This document shows, piece after piece, positions 63,600-64,000 of a DNA stretch of 64,000 bases. The notes under the pieces were generated by a model, which was not told where the DNA came from, made no database searches, and was given only the letters and a program-made list of their open reading frames with translations. How positions within the stretch are numbered: the stretch's first letter is position 1; each line of letters opens with the position of its first letter. The position numbers and the translations under genes are program-made. The DNA comes from Balanoglossus misakiensis (taxonomy: Eukaryota > Animalia > Hemichordata), in contig CM082593.2 in the NCBI GenBank assembly GCA_040954595.2, forward strand, positions 6,332,172-6,396,171, read 5' to 3'.

Positions 63600-64000
63600 C
63601 GGTCGGTACAGACAAATGCTGTGTGGTTTATTTGTCTTAGAATCCGCGGAATTGCGTTCCTTCGACCGATCGTTGTCTGTGGTGGGTGGCTTGTTGTTTG
63701 GGATTTCTGAGTGGAACGTCCTGTGTTTTACTTCGAGCTGCGTGCGTTACATAATGGATTATCACATTGGTGGATTACATGAGTGGCAATGGGCTCCCTG
63801 GATTTTCTTTGCTATCGGTCAGTAAACTGTGAAGATCGTGGCTGTCTGCGAAGTGAACCCAACACTCCTGATCAGGAAGTAGGGAATCCCGAAATCCTGA
63901 CCTTGTAAGTTGTATGCTAAACCGATTCAGACCACGATCACCATCCATGATCGTTGGCGCACTGTCACTCTGTTAACCCCGCCCACAAGCCACACCCCTT

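Overview
Eukaryotic, intron-rich, AT-rich genomic DNA from an invertebrate animal. The gene set and style suggest an invertebrate deuterostome (hemichordate/echinoderm/amphioxus-like); this is inference only. Ten spliced protein-coding genes were reconstructed by hand from GT-AG junctions: PUF60 (+), NUDT13 (+), VTI1A (-), RPL34 (+), a myristoylated GAPR-1/GLIPR2 CAP protein (+), an LRRC74-like LRR/EF-hand protein (+), a sigma-class GST (+), a large secreted mosaic protein (5 unusual 6-Cys repeats, 5 EGF, 10 HYR, a tectonin-like propeller, CUB) (+), a PIDD-like LRR-ZU5-ZU5-UPA protein with two death domains (+) and a BTB-BACK-Kelch protein (-). An intact Ty1/copia element with apparently identical 261-bp LTRs and a half-tRNA(iMet) primer site lies antisense in GLIPR2 intron 1. 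Introns carry several MITE families, including a 777-bp foldback element with 372-bp arms. The most novel-looking items are the exon-encoded 'C-x3-C...CDDGG...C-x2-GTDC-x-DC' repeat protein and the adjacent PIDD-like double-death-domain protein. All domain calls are by eye with no database searches; exon boundaries may be off by a few bases.
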